NCBI GenBank assembly: GCA_963814585.1
Contig: CAWFDF010000004.1
Coordinates: forward strand, 583,107-647,106
Reading direction: 5' to 3'
Origin: an uncultured delta proteobacterium
Lineage (GTDB): Bacteria > Myxococcota > Myxococcia > Myxococcales > Anaeromyxobacteraceae
Length of the DNA: 64,000 nt
Part shown: in pieces, positions 30,977 through 40,415 of the stretch
How positions within the stretch are numbered: the stretch's first letter is position 1
How the letters are laid out: every line of letters begins with the position of its first letter
The notes under the pieces: generated by a model
Told to the model about the DNA's origin: nothing
Seen by the model: only the letters and a program-made list of their open reading frames with translations
Databases searched by the model: none
Program-made: the position numbers and the translations under genes

Positions 30977-32074
30977 TCAGGGCTCGCAGCGCGGGGGCGT
31001 TCGCTGCGCCTCGGCGGCCGTCGCCGCCAGCACCACCCCGGGGAGCGGCTCGACCCGGCCGCCGGCGACGTCTGCCTCGCTCACCGTGATGAGGCGGTCC
31101 CCGGCCCGGACGGTGGCCCCGACCAGCCGGCCGTCGGATCCGTACTGCTCCTCCACGGTGAGCGGCACGTCGCCGTGATCCGCCGGGTAGCGCCCTTCCC
31201 GCAGGCGGGCGATCACCTGCCCGGCCGCGTCGTTCCGGAAGCGGCGCCGCTGCTCGAGCCGGCAAGGCGCTGCCTCGACGCCGGCACCGCCGCCGTCTCG
31301 AGCGGCCGCCATGGCGGCGAGCGGCGTGGTCGTCCCGGCCCGCGCCGCCGCGGGGGGCGCGGCCTCCGCGGACCGCGGCTCCACGCCCGCCGCCCTCGGC
31401 TCGTCCACCGCCTCGGGGAGCGGCGCGGCCTTGCGGTCGGCGGCGGGTGCGGCCGCGGGCGTCGCCGCGAGCGCGGGTGCTGGACGTGCCGCGGGAACCG
31501 GCGCGGGCGCTGCCGGCGGCGCGGAGGCCGAGGTGTCGGCCACCCCGGTCCGCCGCTCCAGCGCCACCGCGGCCGCCCGGGCCGGCCGGGCCTGCTCGTC
31601 CCTGGCCTCCTCCTTCCGCGCGGCCAGCGGGGCCGGCGGCGCCGAGACCGCCGGCGCCTCGCCGGGGACCGCGGACTTCTCCCTGGCCGCCTGCGGCACG
31701 GGCCTGGGGTCCCCATCGCCGAGAGGCGCCGTCGGGGCAGGGACGCGGAGCACCAGCACCGCCAGCGCCGCGGCGCCGGCCAGCCCGAGCGCCCCGCCCG
31801 CGAGCCAGCGGGGCACGGCCCAGCCCGGCCGCCGGGCGGCCTCGGCCGATCCGGCCGCCTGCCGCGCCGCCGCCAGCAGCTCCCCGGTGCCCCGGGCCGG
31901 GGCCTCGACCGCCGGCAGCCCGGCCAGGAGGGCCCGCGTCTTCTGCAGGGCGGCCAGCTCGGCGCGGCAGGTGGGGCAGCTGCCGGCGTGAGCCTCCAGC
32001 GCGCGGGCCGCGTCCGGCTCGAGCAGGCCGAGCGCCAGGTCCACCAGCTCGTCACGGCGCGCTTCATGGGTCAT
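30977..32074 (-). CDS. Membrane anti-sigma factor (zf-HC2)
   Basis: HAGSCPTC (Hx3Cx2C), TM helix, Ala/Pro-rich linker, small C-terminal domain; ATGA-coupled to the sigma gene. Confidence 0.8.
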   Translation of the reverse strand: MTHEARRDELVDLALGLLEPDAARALEAHAGSCPTCRAELAALQKTRALLAGLPAVEAPARGTGELLAAARQAAGSAEAARRPGWAVPRWLAGGALGLAGAAALAVLVLRVPAPTAPLGDGDPRPVPQAAREKSAVPGEAPAVSAPPAPLAARKEEARDEQARPARAAAVALERRTGVADTSASAPPAAPAPVPAARPAPALAATPAAAPAADRKAAPLPEAVDEPRAAGVEPRSAEAAPPAAARAGTTTPLAAMAAARDGGGAGVEAAPCRLEQRRRFRNDAAGQVIARLREGRYPADHGDVPLTVEEQYGSDGRLVGATVRAGDRLITVSEADVAGGRVEPLPGVVLAATAAEAQRTPPRCEP

Positions 32075-32685
32075 GGCGTGATCCTCCCCGGTGGCGCGGC
32101 GGCCGGGACGATGCCTTCGGCGGCCAGCCGCTGGCGAAGCGCCAGCAGAGCGTAGCGCATGCGGCTCTTGACGGTGTTCTCGTTGACGCCGGTCGCCCCG
32201 GCGATCTCTCCGAAGGAGAGGCCGGCGTGCTCCCGCAGCAGGAAGACCTCGCGCTGCTCCCCGGGGAGGGCGGCCAGCGCCGCCTCCAGCCGGGGGCGCA
32301 GCCGGGCCGCCTCGGCCGCCTCGTCGGGCGCGGGTCCGGTGGCGGCCGGTGGCGCCTGGCGGGGCCGCTCGCCGAGGTCGCCCGGCGCGTCGAGCGACTC
32401 GGTGGCGCGGAACGCCTGCCTCCGGGCGGCGTCGGCCGCCAGGTTGCGGGCGATGGTGAAGAGCCAGGTGCGGACCGCGGCGCGCGGCTCCCAGCTGGCC
32501 GCCCCCTTCACCAGCCGCAGGAAGGTCTCCTGCGTCAGGTCCTCGGCGCGGGTGCGCTCGCCGGTGAGCCGGAGCAGGAAGGCGTGGACCGGGGTCCGGT
32601 GGCGGAGCATGAGCGTCTCGAAGGCCCGCGCCTCGCCGCGCTGGAACCTCCGCATGAGCTGCTCGTCGGTCTGGTCCGGCGCCAC
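32071..32685 (-). CDS. ECF RNA polymerase sigma factor
   Basis: AEDLTQETFLR, TWLFTIARN, LPGEQREVFLLR, GLSFGEIA, NTVKSRMRYA. Confidence 0.93.
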   Translation of the reverse strand: MAPDQTDEQLMRRFQRGEARAFETLMLRHRTPVHAFLLRLTGERTRAEDLTQETFLRLVKGAASWEPRAAVRTWLFTIARNLAADAARRQAFRATESLDAPGDLGERPRQAPPAATGPAPDEAAEAARLRPRLEAALAALPGEQREVFLLREHAGLSFGEIAGATGVNENTVKSRMRYALLALRQRLAAEGIVPAAAPPGRITP

Positions 32686-32710
32686 GGCCTCACGCGGGCC
32701 TCTGCGACGT

Positions 32711-32736
32711 CAACGCACGAGGCGGGAAAGGGATCT
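32711..32736 (-). promoter_or_regulatory. Candidate autoregulatory ECF promoter
   Basis: Minus strand GATC-N16-CGTT about 25 nt upstream of the sigma start, resembling ECF -35/-10 spacing. Confidence 0.4.
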
Positions 32737-32762
32737 GACCGGAGTGTAGCGCGCCGTCGCAG

Positions 32763-35700
32763 CTAAGCCTTCGGCTTGTTCCCGCCCGGCACCATGTTGA
32801 GGGGGCTGAAGGCCTTGGCGAGCTGCTCGTACAGGGCGTACTTGTCGCGGACGTCGGCCTGGGCCTGGTCCAGCATCTTCCTGTAGCTCTCGGGGTTGGA
32901 GATGGCGATCTGCTTGAAGCGGGTCTCGCCGTCGGCGAAGACCGAAAGATCGACCTTCGGCGCCGGGCTGTCCAGCTTGAGCGGGCTCTCCCCGGCGGCC
33001 AGCCGGCGCGGATCGTAGCGGAAGAGCGGCCAGTACCCGGAGTCGACGGCCCGCTCCTGCTGCGTCAGCGCGTCGGCCATGTCGTAGCCGTGCGCGATGC
33101 AGTGCGAGTAGGCCACCACCAGCGAGGTGCCCGGGTAGCTGTCGGCCTCCTTCATGGCGTTGACGCTCTGCGCGTCCCTGGCCCCCATGGCCACCCGGGC
33201 CACGTAGGCGCGGCCGTAGGTCATGGCGAGCAGGGCCAGGTCCTTCTTCTGGGTGGTCTTGCCGGCCATGGCGAACTTGGCCGCGGCCCCCATGGGCGTG
33301 GCCTTGGAGGCCTGGCCGCCGGTGTTGGAGTAGACCTCGGTGTCGAGCACCAGGATGTTCACGTCCCGCCCGGCGGCGATGACGTGGTCGAGGCCGCCGT
33401 AGCCGATGTCGTAGGCCCAGCCGTCGCCGCCGACGATCCAGATCGACTTCTTGAGGAGGAAGTCGGTGATCTCGGACAGCCGCGCCGCCTCGAAGCGCTT
33501 CTGGCCGCCCAGCTTCTTCCTGAGCAGCGCGATGCGGGCCCGCTGCGCCTCGATCCCCTTCTCGTCGGACTGGTCGGCCTCGAGCAGCCCCTTCACCAGG
33601 TCGTCGCCCACCACGGCGCCCAGCTGCGAGAGCAGCTCGCGGGCGTGCTCGGCCTGCTTGTCGACCGCCAGCCGCATGCCGTAGCCGAACTCGGCGTTGT
33701 CCTCGAAGAGCGAGTTGGCCCAGGCCGGCCCGCGCCCGGCGTCGTTCTTGGTGTAGGGCGTGGTCGGCAGGTTGGCGCCGTAGATCGACGAGCAGCCGGT
33801 GGCGTTGGCGATCAGGGCGCGGTCACCGTAGAGCTGGGTCAGCAGCTTGATGTACGGGGTCTCGCCGCAGCCGGTGCAGGCGCCCGAGAACTCGAAGAGC
33901 GGCTGGAGGAACTGGGTCCCCTTGACGTCGAGCTTGAGCGTGGTCCGGTCCGGCTCGGGGAGGGCGAGGAAGAAGTCCCAGTTCTTGCGCTCGGCCGGCT
34001 TGAAGGCCAGCGCCTCGGCCATGTTGAGCGCCTTCTTCCCCTTCTCGGTCTTCGACTCGGCGGGGCAGATCTCCACGCAGAGCGTGCAGCCGGTGCAGTC
34101 GTCCGGCGCCACCTGGATGGTGTACTTCTTGCCCTTGTCGGTCGCCGACTTGAAGTCCATCGACTTGAAGGTGGCCGGCGCCCCGGAGAGGGCCGCCGCC
34201 TCGTAGAACTTGGGCCGGATGCAGGCGTGCGGGCAGATCAGCGCGCACTTGTTGCACTGGATGCAGAGGCTCGGCTCCCAGGTCGGGATGTCGAGGGCGA
34301 TGGAGCGCTTCTCCCACTGCGAGGTGGCGGTGGGCCAGGTGCCGTCGACCGGGAAGGCCGAGACCGGCAGCAGGTCGCCCTGGCCGGCCAGGATCAGCGA
34401 GGTGACGCGCTGGACGAAGTCCGGCGCCGCCTCGGAGACGGCCGGGGGGCGCGGCGTGCCGTTGACCTGCCGGCCCGCCGTCTTCACCTCGTGGAGGTTG
34501 GCCAGGGTCTGGTCGACCGCCTCGAAGTTCTTGCGGACCACCTCGGCGCCCTTGCGCTGGTAGGTCTTCTCGATGGTCTTCTTGATGTGGCCGATGGCCT
34601 CGTCGCGCGGCAGCACGCCGGAGACCGCGAAGAAGCAGGTCTGCATGACGGTGTTGATGCGCACCCCCATGCCGGTCTCGCGCGCCACCTTGAAGGCGTC
34701 GATGACGTAGAACTTGAGCTGCTTCTGCAGGATCTGCTCCTGCACCTCGCGCGGCAGCTGCTCCCAGACCTGGTCGGGGCCGTAGATGGAGTTGAGCAGG
34801 AAGGTGGCGCCGGGGACGGCGAACTCCACCATCTCGTACTTCTCGAGGAAGCCGAACTGGTGGCAGGCCACGAAGTTGGCCTTGGTCACCAGGTAGGCGG
34901 AGCGGATGGGCTTGGGGCCGAAGCGAAGGTGGCTGACCGTGATCGATCCGGACTTCTTGGAGTCGTAGACGAAGTAGCCCTGCGCGTAGTTGGGCGTGTC
35001 CTCGCCGATGATCTTGATGGAGTTCTTGTTGGCGCCCACCGTGCCGTCGGCGCCCAGGCCGTAGAAGAGGGCGCGGACCATGCTCTCGCCCTCGATGTCG
35101 AAGGCCGGGTCGTACTTGAGCGACAGGTGGGTGACGTCGTCGTTGATGCCCACGGTGAAGTGGCGCTTGGGGCGCTGCTTCGACAGCTCGTCGAACACCG
35201 CCTTCACCATGGCCGGCGTGAACTCCTTGGAGGAGAGGCCGTAGCGGCCGCCGACCACGGTGAGCTGGTGGTGGAAGCGGTCGATGTGGGCCTGCTCGGC
35301 CTCGCGCAGCGCCGTGACCACGTCCATGTAGAGCGGCTCGCCGAGGGCGCCCGGCTCCTTGGTGCGGTCGAGCACCGCCAGGTGGTGGACCGAGCGGGGC
35401 AGCGAGGTCATGAACTCGCCGAGCGCGAAGGGCCGGTAGAGCCGGACCTTGACCATGCCGACCTTCTCGCCCCGGGCGACCAGGTGGTCGATGGTCTCCT
35501 GCGCGGTCTCGCAGCCCGAGCCCATCAGCACGATGACCCGGTCGGCCTCGGGGTGGCCGTGGTACTCGTAGAGACCGTACTTGCGCCCCACCACCCTGGC
35601 GAACTCGTCCATGGCGGCCTGCACGTGGTCGTGGCAGTCGATGTAGTACGGGTTGCAGGCCTCGCGGGCCTGGAAGAAGGCGTCCGGGTTCTGCGCCGTG

Positions 35701-36353
35701 CCGCGCACCGAGGGGGCCTCCGGCGAGAGGGCCCGGGCGCGGTGCGCCGCCACCAGCTCCTCCGGGATCAGGGCCCGCAGGTCGTCGTCGGTGAGCTCCT
35801 CGATCTTGGCCACCTCGTGCGAGGTGCGGAAGCCGTCGAAGAAGTGGAGGAACGGCACCCGGCTCCTCATCGAGGCCAGCTGCGCGATCACGGCGAAGTC
35901 GTGCGCCTCCTGCACCGAGGCGCTGGAGAGCAGGGCGAAGCCGGTCTGGCGCACGCCCATCACGTCCTGGTGGTCGCCGAAGATGGAGAGCGCGTGGGTG
36001 GCCAGGGTGCGGGCCGAGACGTGCATGCAGAAGGCGGTCAGCTCGCCCGCGATCTTGTACATGTTGGGGATCATCAGCAGCAGCCCCTGCGACGCCGTGA
36101 AGGTCGTGGTCAGGGCGCCGGCCTGCAGGGCGCCGTGGACCGCGCCCGCGGCGCCGCCCTCCGACTGCATCTCCGCCACCGTGGGCACGGTCCCCCACAC
36201 GTTCTTGAGGCCCTTGGCCGCCCACTCGTCGGCCCACTCGCCCATGTTGGAGGAGGGCGTGATCGGGTAGATGGCCGCGACCTCGTTGATCCGGTAGGCC
36301 ACCGAGGCCACGGCCTCGTTGCCGTCCATGGTGACCATTCGCCTGCCCGCCAT
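32763..36353 (-). CDS. nifJ: Pyruvate:ferredoxin (flavodoxin) oxidoreductase
   Basis: YPITP, EMQSEGGAAG, GADGTVGAN, two 4Fe-4S motifs (CIQCNKCALICP, CTGCTLCVEICP), GACTGCGE, GDGWAYDIG. Confidence 0.97.
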   Translation of the reverse strand: MAGRRMVTMDGNEAVASVAYRINEVAAIYPITPSSNMGEWADEWAAKGLKNVWGTVPTVAEMQSEGGAAGAVHGALQAGALTTTFTASQGLLLMIPNMYKIAGELTAFCMHVSARTLATHALSIFGDHQDVMGVRQTGFALLSSASVQEAHDFAVIAQLASMRSRVPFLHFFDGFRTSHEVAKIEELTDDDLRALIPEELVAAHRARALSPEAPSVRGTAQNPDAFFQAREACNPYYIDCHDHVQAAMDEFARVVGRKYGLYEYHGHPEADRVIVLMGSGCETAQETIDHLVARGEKVGMVKVRLYRPFALGEFMTSLPRSVHHLAVLDRTKEPGALGEPLYMDVVTALREAEQAHIDRFHHQLTVVGGRYGLSSKEFTPAMVKAVFDELSKQRPKRHFTVGINDDVTHLSLKYDPAFDIEGESMVRALFYGLGADGTVGANKNSIKIIGEDTPNYAQGYFVYDSKKSGSITVSHLRFGPKPIRSAYLVTKANFVACHQFGFLEKYEMVEFAVPGATFLLNSIYGPDQVWEQLPREVQEQILQKQLKFYVIDAFKVARETGMGVRINTVMQTCFFAVSGVLPRDEAIGHIKKTIEKTYQRKGAEVVRKNFEAVDQTLANLHEVKTAGRQVNGTPRPPAVSEAAPDFVQRVTSLILAGQGDLLPVSAFPVDGTWPTATSQWEKRSIALDIPTWEPSLCIQCNKCALICPHACIRPKFYEAAALSGAPATFKSMDFKSATDKGKKYTIQVAPDDCTGCTLCVEICPAESKTEKGKKALNMAEALAFKPAERKNWDFFLALPEPDRTTLKLDVKGTQFLQPLFEFSGACTGCGETPYIKLLTQLYGDRALIANATGCSSIYGANLPTTPYTKNDAGRGPAWANSLFEDNAEFGYGMRLAVDKQAEHARELLSQLGAVVGDDLVKGLLEADQSDEKGIEAQRARIALLRKKLGGQKRFEAARLSEITDFLLKKSIWIVGGDGWAYDIGYGGLDHVIAAGRDVNILVLDTEVYSNTGGQASKATPMGAAAKFAMAGKTTQKKDLALLAMTYGRAYVARVAMGARDAQSVNAMKEADSYPGTSLVVAYSHCIAHGYDMADALTQQERAVDSGYWPLFRYDPRRLAAGESPLKLDSPAPKVDLSVFADGETRFKQIAISNPESYRKMLDQAQADVRDKYALYEQLAKAFSPLNMVPGGNKPKA

Positions 36354-36554
36354 CGTGCCTCCCACGGCGGAGCGCCCGGCGCTCCGCGATGCCGCGTTGA
36401 TGGGCGATCCGGGTGACGCGCGCGGCCGGCTGGCCGCCGTGCATCCCCTTCCGCCCGTTGCCCCCTGGGGGGCGGCGAGTCTAGCAGATCGACCCGCACG
36501 CGCCGCAAGGCGGATGCGGCGGGACGGCCCCGTCGTCGCGAAAAATGGACCTGT

Positions 36555-37145
36555 TCAGCCCTTGAACTCGATGCGGGGAGCGTCGGCCCACAACCCCTCG
36601 AGGTCGTAGAAGGTCCGGGTCTCCCGCCCCATGACGTGGGTCACCACGTCGCCGTAGTCCACGATGATCCAGCTGCCGGTCTCGTACCCCTCGACGGCGA
36701 TCTTGGACTGGCCGGCCTCCTTGAGCTTCAGGTCGACGTGGTCGGCGATGGCCCCGGACTGCCGATCCGAGTCGGCGGTCATGATCACCAGGTAGTCGGC
36801 GTAGGAGGAGAGGCCGCGCACGTCGAAGATCAGGATGTCCTCGGCCTTCTTGTCGAGGCCGGCGGCCGCCACCGCCAGCGCCGTCTGGCGCGAGGGATCG
36901 GGCAGGCTGGCGTCGGGCGGCGCCACCGGCGGCGCGGCCTCGCGGCCGATCGACTTCGGCATCTTTCGGCGCGGGCCGTACTTGCGGGGGAGCTTCCGCT
37001 CCAGCGCCGGCTTCTTCTTGCCCCTGGGGCCTCCCGCCTTGAAGGCCGGGCGCGGCGCGGGGCCGGGGCGCTTCGCAGCGGCCCGCTTCGGCGGGGCCTG
37101 CCTGGCGGAGGACTTCCTCGCCGGGGTCTTCTTCTTCATCACCAT
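36555..37145 (-). CDS. rsfS: Ribosome silencing factor RsfS with basic N-terminal extension
   Basis: DKKAEDI, YADYLVI, WIIVDYGDVVTHV, FYDLEGLW; preceded by about 80 aa rich in K/R/A/P; GAGG RBS. Confidence 0.92.
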   Translation of the reverse strand: MVMKKKTPARKSSARQAPPKRAAAKRPGPAPRPAFKAGGPRGKKKPALERKLPRKYGPRRKMPKSIGREAAPPVAPPDASLPDPSRQTALAVAAAGLDKKAEDILIFDVRGLSSYADYLVIMTADSDRQSGAIADHVDLKLKEAGQSKIAVEGYETGSWIIVDYGDVVTHVMGRETRTFYDLEGLWADAPRIEFKG

Positions 37146-37165
37146 TCGTTCCTCGTGCGGCCCGG

Positions 37166-38449
37166 TCAGGCCCGGACCTGCCCTTCGCCCTCCACCACGA
37201 ACTTCCGGGTGGTGAGCTCGTTGAGCCCCATCGGCCCGAAGGCGTGGAGCTTGCTGGTGGAGATGCCGATCTCGGCGCCGAGCCCGAGCTCGCCGCCGTC
37301 GTTGAACCGCGTCGAGGCGTTGATGATCACGGCGCTGGCCGTCACCTCGCGCTCGAAGCGCCGCGCGTTGCCGAGGTCGCGGGTGAGGATGGACTCGGTG
37401 TGGAGGGAGCCGTGCCGCGCGACGTGGTCGAGGGCGGCGTCGAGGTCGGGCACCACCCGCACGGCGAGGATCAGGTCGAGGAACTCGCGGCCGAAGTCCT
37501 CGGCGGCGGCCGCCACCGCCGGAACGCCGGCGCGGTGGAGCAGCGTCAGCGCGGTCGGATCGCAGCGCAGCTCCACCCGCTCGGCGGCCAGCGCCCGGCC
37601 CACGGCCGGCAGCAGCGCCGCGGCGGCGTCGCGGTGGACCAGCAGGCACTCCAGGGCGTTGCAGGCCGACGGCCGCTGCACCTTGCCGTTGAGGGCCAGG
37701 GCGACGGCCTGCCCGGGATCGGCGCTGGCGTCGAGGAAGAGGTGGCAGACCCCCATGAAGTGCTTCACCACCGGGACCCGCGAGCGCTCCGCCACCGCGC
37801 GGATCAGGGACGGGCCGCCGCGCGGGATGGCGAGATCGATGAGGTCGTCGAGCTGCAGCAGCGCGAAGGTCGCCTCGCGGTCGCTGGTCGGGACCACCCG
37901 CGCCGACGCCGCCGGCAGCCCGGCCTCGGCCAGCCCCTCGGCGAAGGCGTCGCAGAGGGCCAGCGAGGATCGCAGCGCGTCCGAGCCCGGGCGGAGCAGG
38001 ACGGCGTTGCCGCTCTTCACGCAGAGCGCGGCCGCCTCGGCGGCCACGTTGGGGCGCGCCTCGTAGACCATCAGCACCACGCCCAGCGGGATGCGGACTC
38101 GCCGCACCTCCAGCCCGTTGGGGCGCCGCCAGGAGTCGGTCACCTGGCCGATGGGATCGGGGAGCGACGCCACCTCCTCGATGGCGGCGGCGATGGCGCG
38201 CAGCCGCGGCTCGTCGAGCGCCAGCCGATCGAGCCAGGCGGCGTTCTTGCCGGCCTGCCTGGCGGCGGCGAGATCCTCGCGGTTGGCGGCCAGGACGGCC
38301 CCCTGGCGGGCGAGGATGGCGCGGGCACCGGCGCGCAGCGCGGCGTCCTTCCTGGCGCTCGGCGCGTGCGAGAGCAGGCGCGCGGCCGCCCGGGCCTCGG
38401 AGGCCAGGGCCCGCATCTCGACGTCCAGCCGGCTCGGTGTGGTCGCCAT
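37166..38449 (-). CDS. proA: Gamma-glutamyl phosphate reductase
   Basis: [47 protein letters not shown]. Confidence 0.97.
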   Translation of the reverse strand: MATTPSRLDVEMRALASEARAAARLLSHAPSARKDAALRAGARAILARQGAVLAANREDLAAARQAGKNAAWLDRLALDEPRLRAIAAAIEEVASLPDPIGQVTDSWRRPNGLEVRRVRIPLGVVLMVYEARPNVAAEAAALCVKSGNAVLLRPGSDALRSSLALCDAFAEGLAEAGLPAASARVVPTSDREATFALLQLDDLIDLAIPRGGPSLIRAVAERSRVPVVKHFMGVCHLFLDASADPGQAVALALNGKVQRPSACNALECLLVHRDAAAALLPAVGRALAAERVELRCDPTALTLLHRAGVPAVAAAAEDFGREFLDLILAVRVVPDLDAALDHVARHGSLHTESILTRDLGNARRFEREVTASAVIINASTRFNDGGELGLGAEIGISTSKLHAFGPMGLNELTTRKFVVEGEGQVRA

Positions 38450-38474
38450 GGTTCGCTCGCCGCCCTCCATACCA

Positions 38475-39602
38475 CTACTCCAGCAGCACGAGATCGTTGC
38501 GGTGGACCACCTCGTCGGTGTCCCGGTAGCCGAGCACCTCCTCGATCTGGGAGGTCTTCTTGCCGGCCAGGCGGCGCACGTCGTCGGCGCCGTACCCGGC
38601 CAGGCCGCGGGCGAAGGGCTGCCTCGGGTCGACCGCGAGCTCGACCGGATCGCCCACGCCGAAGTGGCCCTGCACGCCCTTGATGCCGCTCGGCAGCAGG
38701 CTCTTGCCGTTCTCGCAGATGGCCCGCTTCGCTCCCGCGTCGACCAGGATGGTGCCGCGCGCCTTGGCGGCCGAGGTGAGCCAGCCGTCGCGGCCGGAGA
38801 GCCGCTCCGCCGACGGCGAGAAGAAGGTGCCGACGGCCTCCCCGCCCAGCAGCGCGGCGAGCGCCCCGGGCCGGCGGCCGGAGAGCAGCGCCGTGGCCAC
38901 CCCCTGGGCACCCAGCTTCCTGGCCGCCTTCACCTTGGTGGCCATGCCGCCGGTGGCGTGCTCGCTGCCGGCGCCCCCGGCCACCCGCTCCACCTCGGCG
39001 GTGACCCGCGCCACGTGGCGGAGCAGCGTGGCGCCGCGCGCCGACGGATCGCGGTCGTAGAGCCCCTCCACGTCGGTGAGCATGGCCACCAGCTCGGCCT
39101 CGACGCACCCGGCCACCAGCGCCGCCAGCGAGTCGTTGTCGCCCACCTTGATCTCGTCCACCGCCACGGTGTCGTTCTCGTTGACCACCGGCACCACGTC
39201 CCGCGAGAGCAGCTGCTCGAAGGTGCGGCGCGCGTTGAGGAAGCGCTTGCGGCTGGCCAGGTCGTCGGCGGTGAGGAGCACCTGGGCGACGGTGAGGCCG
39301 TGCCCCTCGAAGGCCTCGGCCCAGGCGTTCATGAGGTGGGGCTGGCCGACGGCGGCGCAGGCCTGCTTGGTGGCGATGTCCCAGGGGCGCCCCTTCTGGC
39401 GGGTGAGGCCGAGCCGCTGGGCGCCGAGGGTGATGGCGCCGGAGGAGACCAGCACCAGCCGGCGGCCGGAAGCGACCGCGGCCAGCTCGGTGGCGAGGCG
39501 GTGGCAGTTCTCCCGGTCGAAGCGACCGGCGGCGTCGGTGAGGGTGCCCGTTCCCACCTTGACGACGAGGCGGCGGACGCGGGAGAGGGCGCTTCTCGGC
39601 AC
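38475..39602 (-). CDS. proB: Glutamate 5-kinase
   Basis: VVKVGT, VSSGAI, VNENDTV, GDND, TGGMATK, C-terminal PUA domain. Confidence 0.97.
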   Translation of the reverse strand: MPRSALSRVRRLVVKVGTGTLTDAAGRFDRENCHRLATELAAVASGRRLVLVSSGAITLGAQRLGLTRQKGRPWDIATKQACAAVGQPHLMNAWAEAFEGHGLTVAQVLLTADDLASRKRFLNARRTFEQLLSRDVVPVVNENDTVAVDEIKVGDNDSLAALVAGCVEAELVAMLTDVEGLYDRDPSARGATLLRHVARVTAEVERVAGGAGSEHATGGMATKVKAARKLGAQGVATALLSGRRPGALAALLGGEAVGTFFSPSAERLSGRDGWLTSAAKARGTILVDAGAKRAICENGKSLLPSGIKGVQGHFGVGDPVELAVDPRQPFARGLAGYGADDVRRLAGKKTSQIEEVLGYRDTDEVVHRNDLVLLE

Positions 39603-39678
39603 GCCCCGAGTCTACTCGACGGTGAGGCGGCGCGGGGAGGGAGGGCGCCGCGGCGGGGACCGGGCCGGGTGGCTGGCG

Positions 39679-40329
39679 CTACGGGCGCGAGTAGCCGTAC
39701 CCGCCGGCGACGATGCGCGCCAGCTTGCCGTCCTCGAACTCGAGCCGCCGGGAGAAGGCCTGGGGCCCGAAGTCGTAGGTCCAGATCTCCACCCGCACCG
39801 TGGTGAAGCTGGTGGGCGCCCAGCTCCCCCCGCCCACCGGGGCCTCGACCGCCACCTGCCCCAGCGTCTCCTCCCGCAGCGCCGGCTCCCCGCAGCGGGC
39901 CAGCACGTCGAAGGTGGAGTCGCCCAGCCGGAAGCCGCCGGGGTGCTGGCAGCGGGCGCGCGGCACCCGGGCCGGCGCCGGGGTGGCCTGGCCCAGCTCG
40001 TAGCCGTAGCCGCCACGCTCCACCGCCTTCACCACCCCGACCTCGATGGTGACGTGCTGGACGAAGGAGCGGGGACCGAAGTTGTAGGTCCACCGCTCCT
40101 GGACCACCAGGGGGCGCCGGATGCCGGTCGAGCCGAAGACGCCGGCCGCGGCCGGGACCTCCTCGCGCAAGGTGGGGTGGCCGCACTTGCCGAGCAGGTC
40201 GAGCTTCGAGTCGCCGACGGCGACGATCCCCCCCTCGCAGCGGATGGACTGGGCCCGGGCCGGGCCCGGCGCCGCCAGCAGCGCGGCCAGGCCGGCGATG
40301 GCGAGCGTGGCACCCGGCTGGATGGACAT
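39679..40329 (-). CDS. Secreted protein with two DUF2845-like domains
   Basis: Signal peptide; internal duplication RC..GDS.....KCGHP...WTYNFGP / RC..GDS.....RCGEP...WTYDFGP. Confidence 0.75.
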   Translation of the reverse strand: MSIQPGATLAIAGLAALLAAPGPARAQSIRCEGGIVAVGDSKLDLLGKCGHPTLREEVPAAAGVFGSTGIRRPLVVQERWTYNFGPRSFVQHVTIEVGVVKAVERGGYGYELGQATPAPARVPRARCQHPGGFRLGDSTFDVLARCGEPALREETLGQVAVEAPVGGGSWAPTSFTTVRVEIWTYDFGPQAFSRRLEFEDGKLARIVAGGYGYSRP

Positions 40330-40415
40330 GACGGCTCCGAGACGTGGGCGCGGCAGCGCCTCCACGCCGACCAGCATACGCCTTCGGACGGGCCAGGCCA
40401 GGACCCCAGCCAGGA

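Noticed and set aside
33090..36416. 1108-aa plus-strand ORF, and similar long ORFs such as 10998-13970(-), 25573-28662(+), 45362-48232(-) and 52962-56000(-)
   Set aside because: Antisense or alternative-frame shadows of well-supported genes. Stop codons are scarce in very GC-rich DNA and the translations carry no recognisable motifs.
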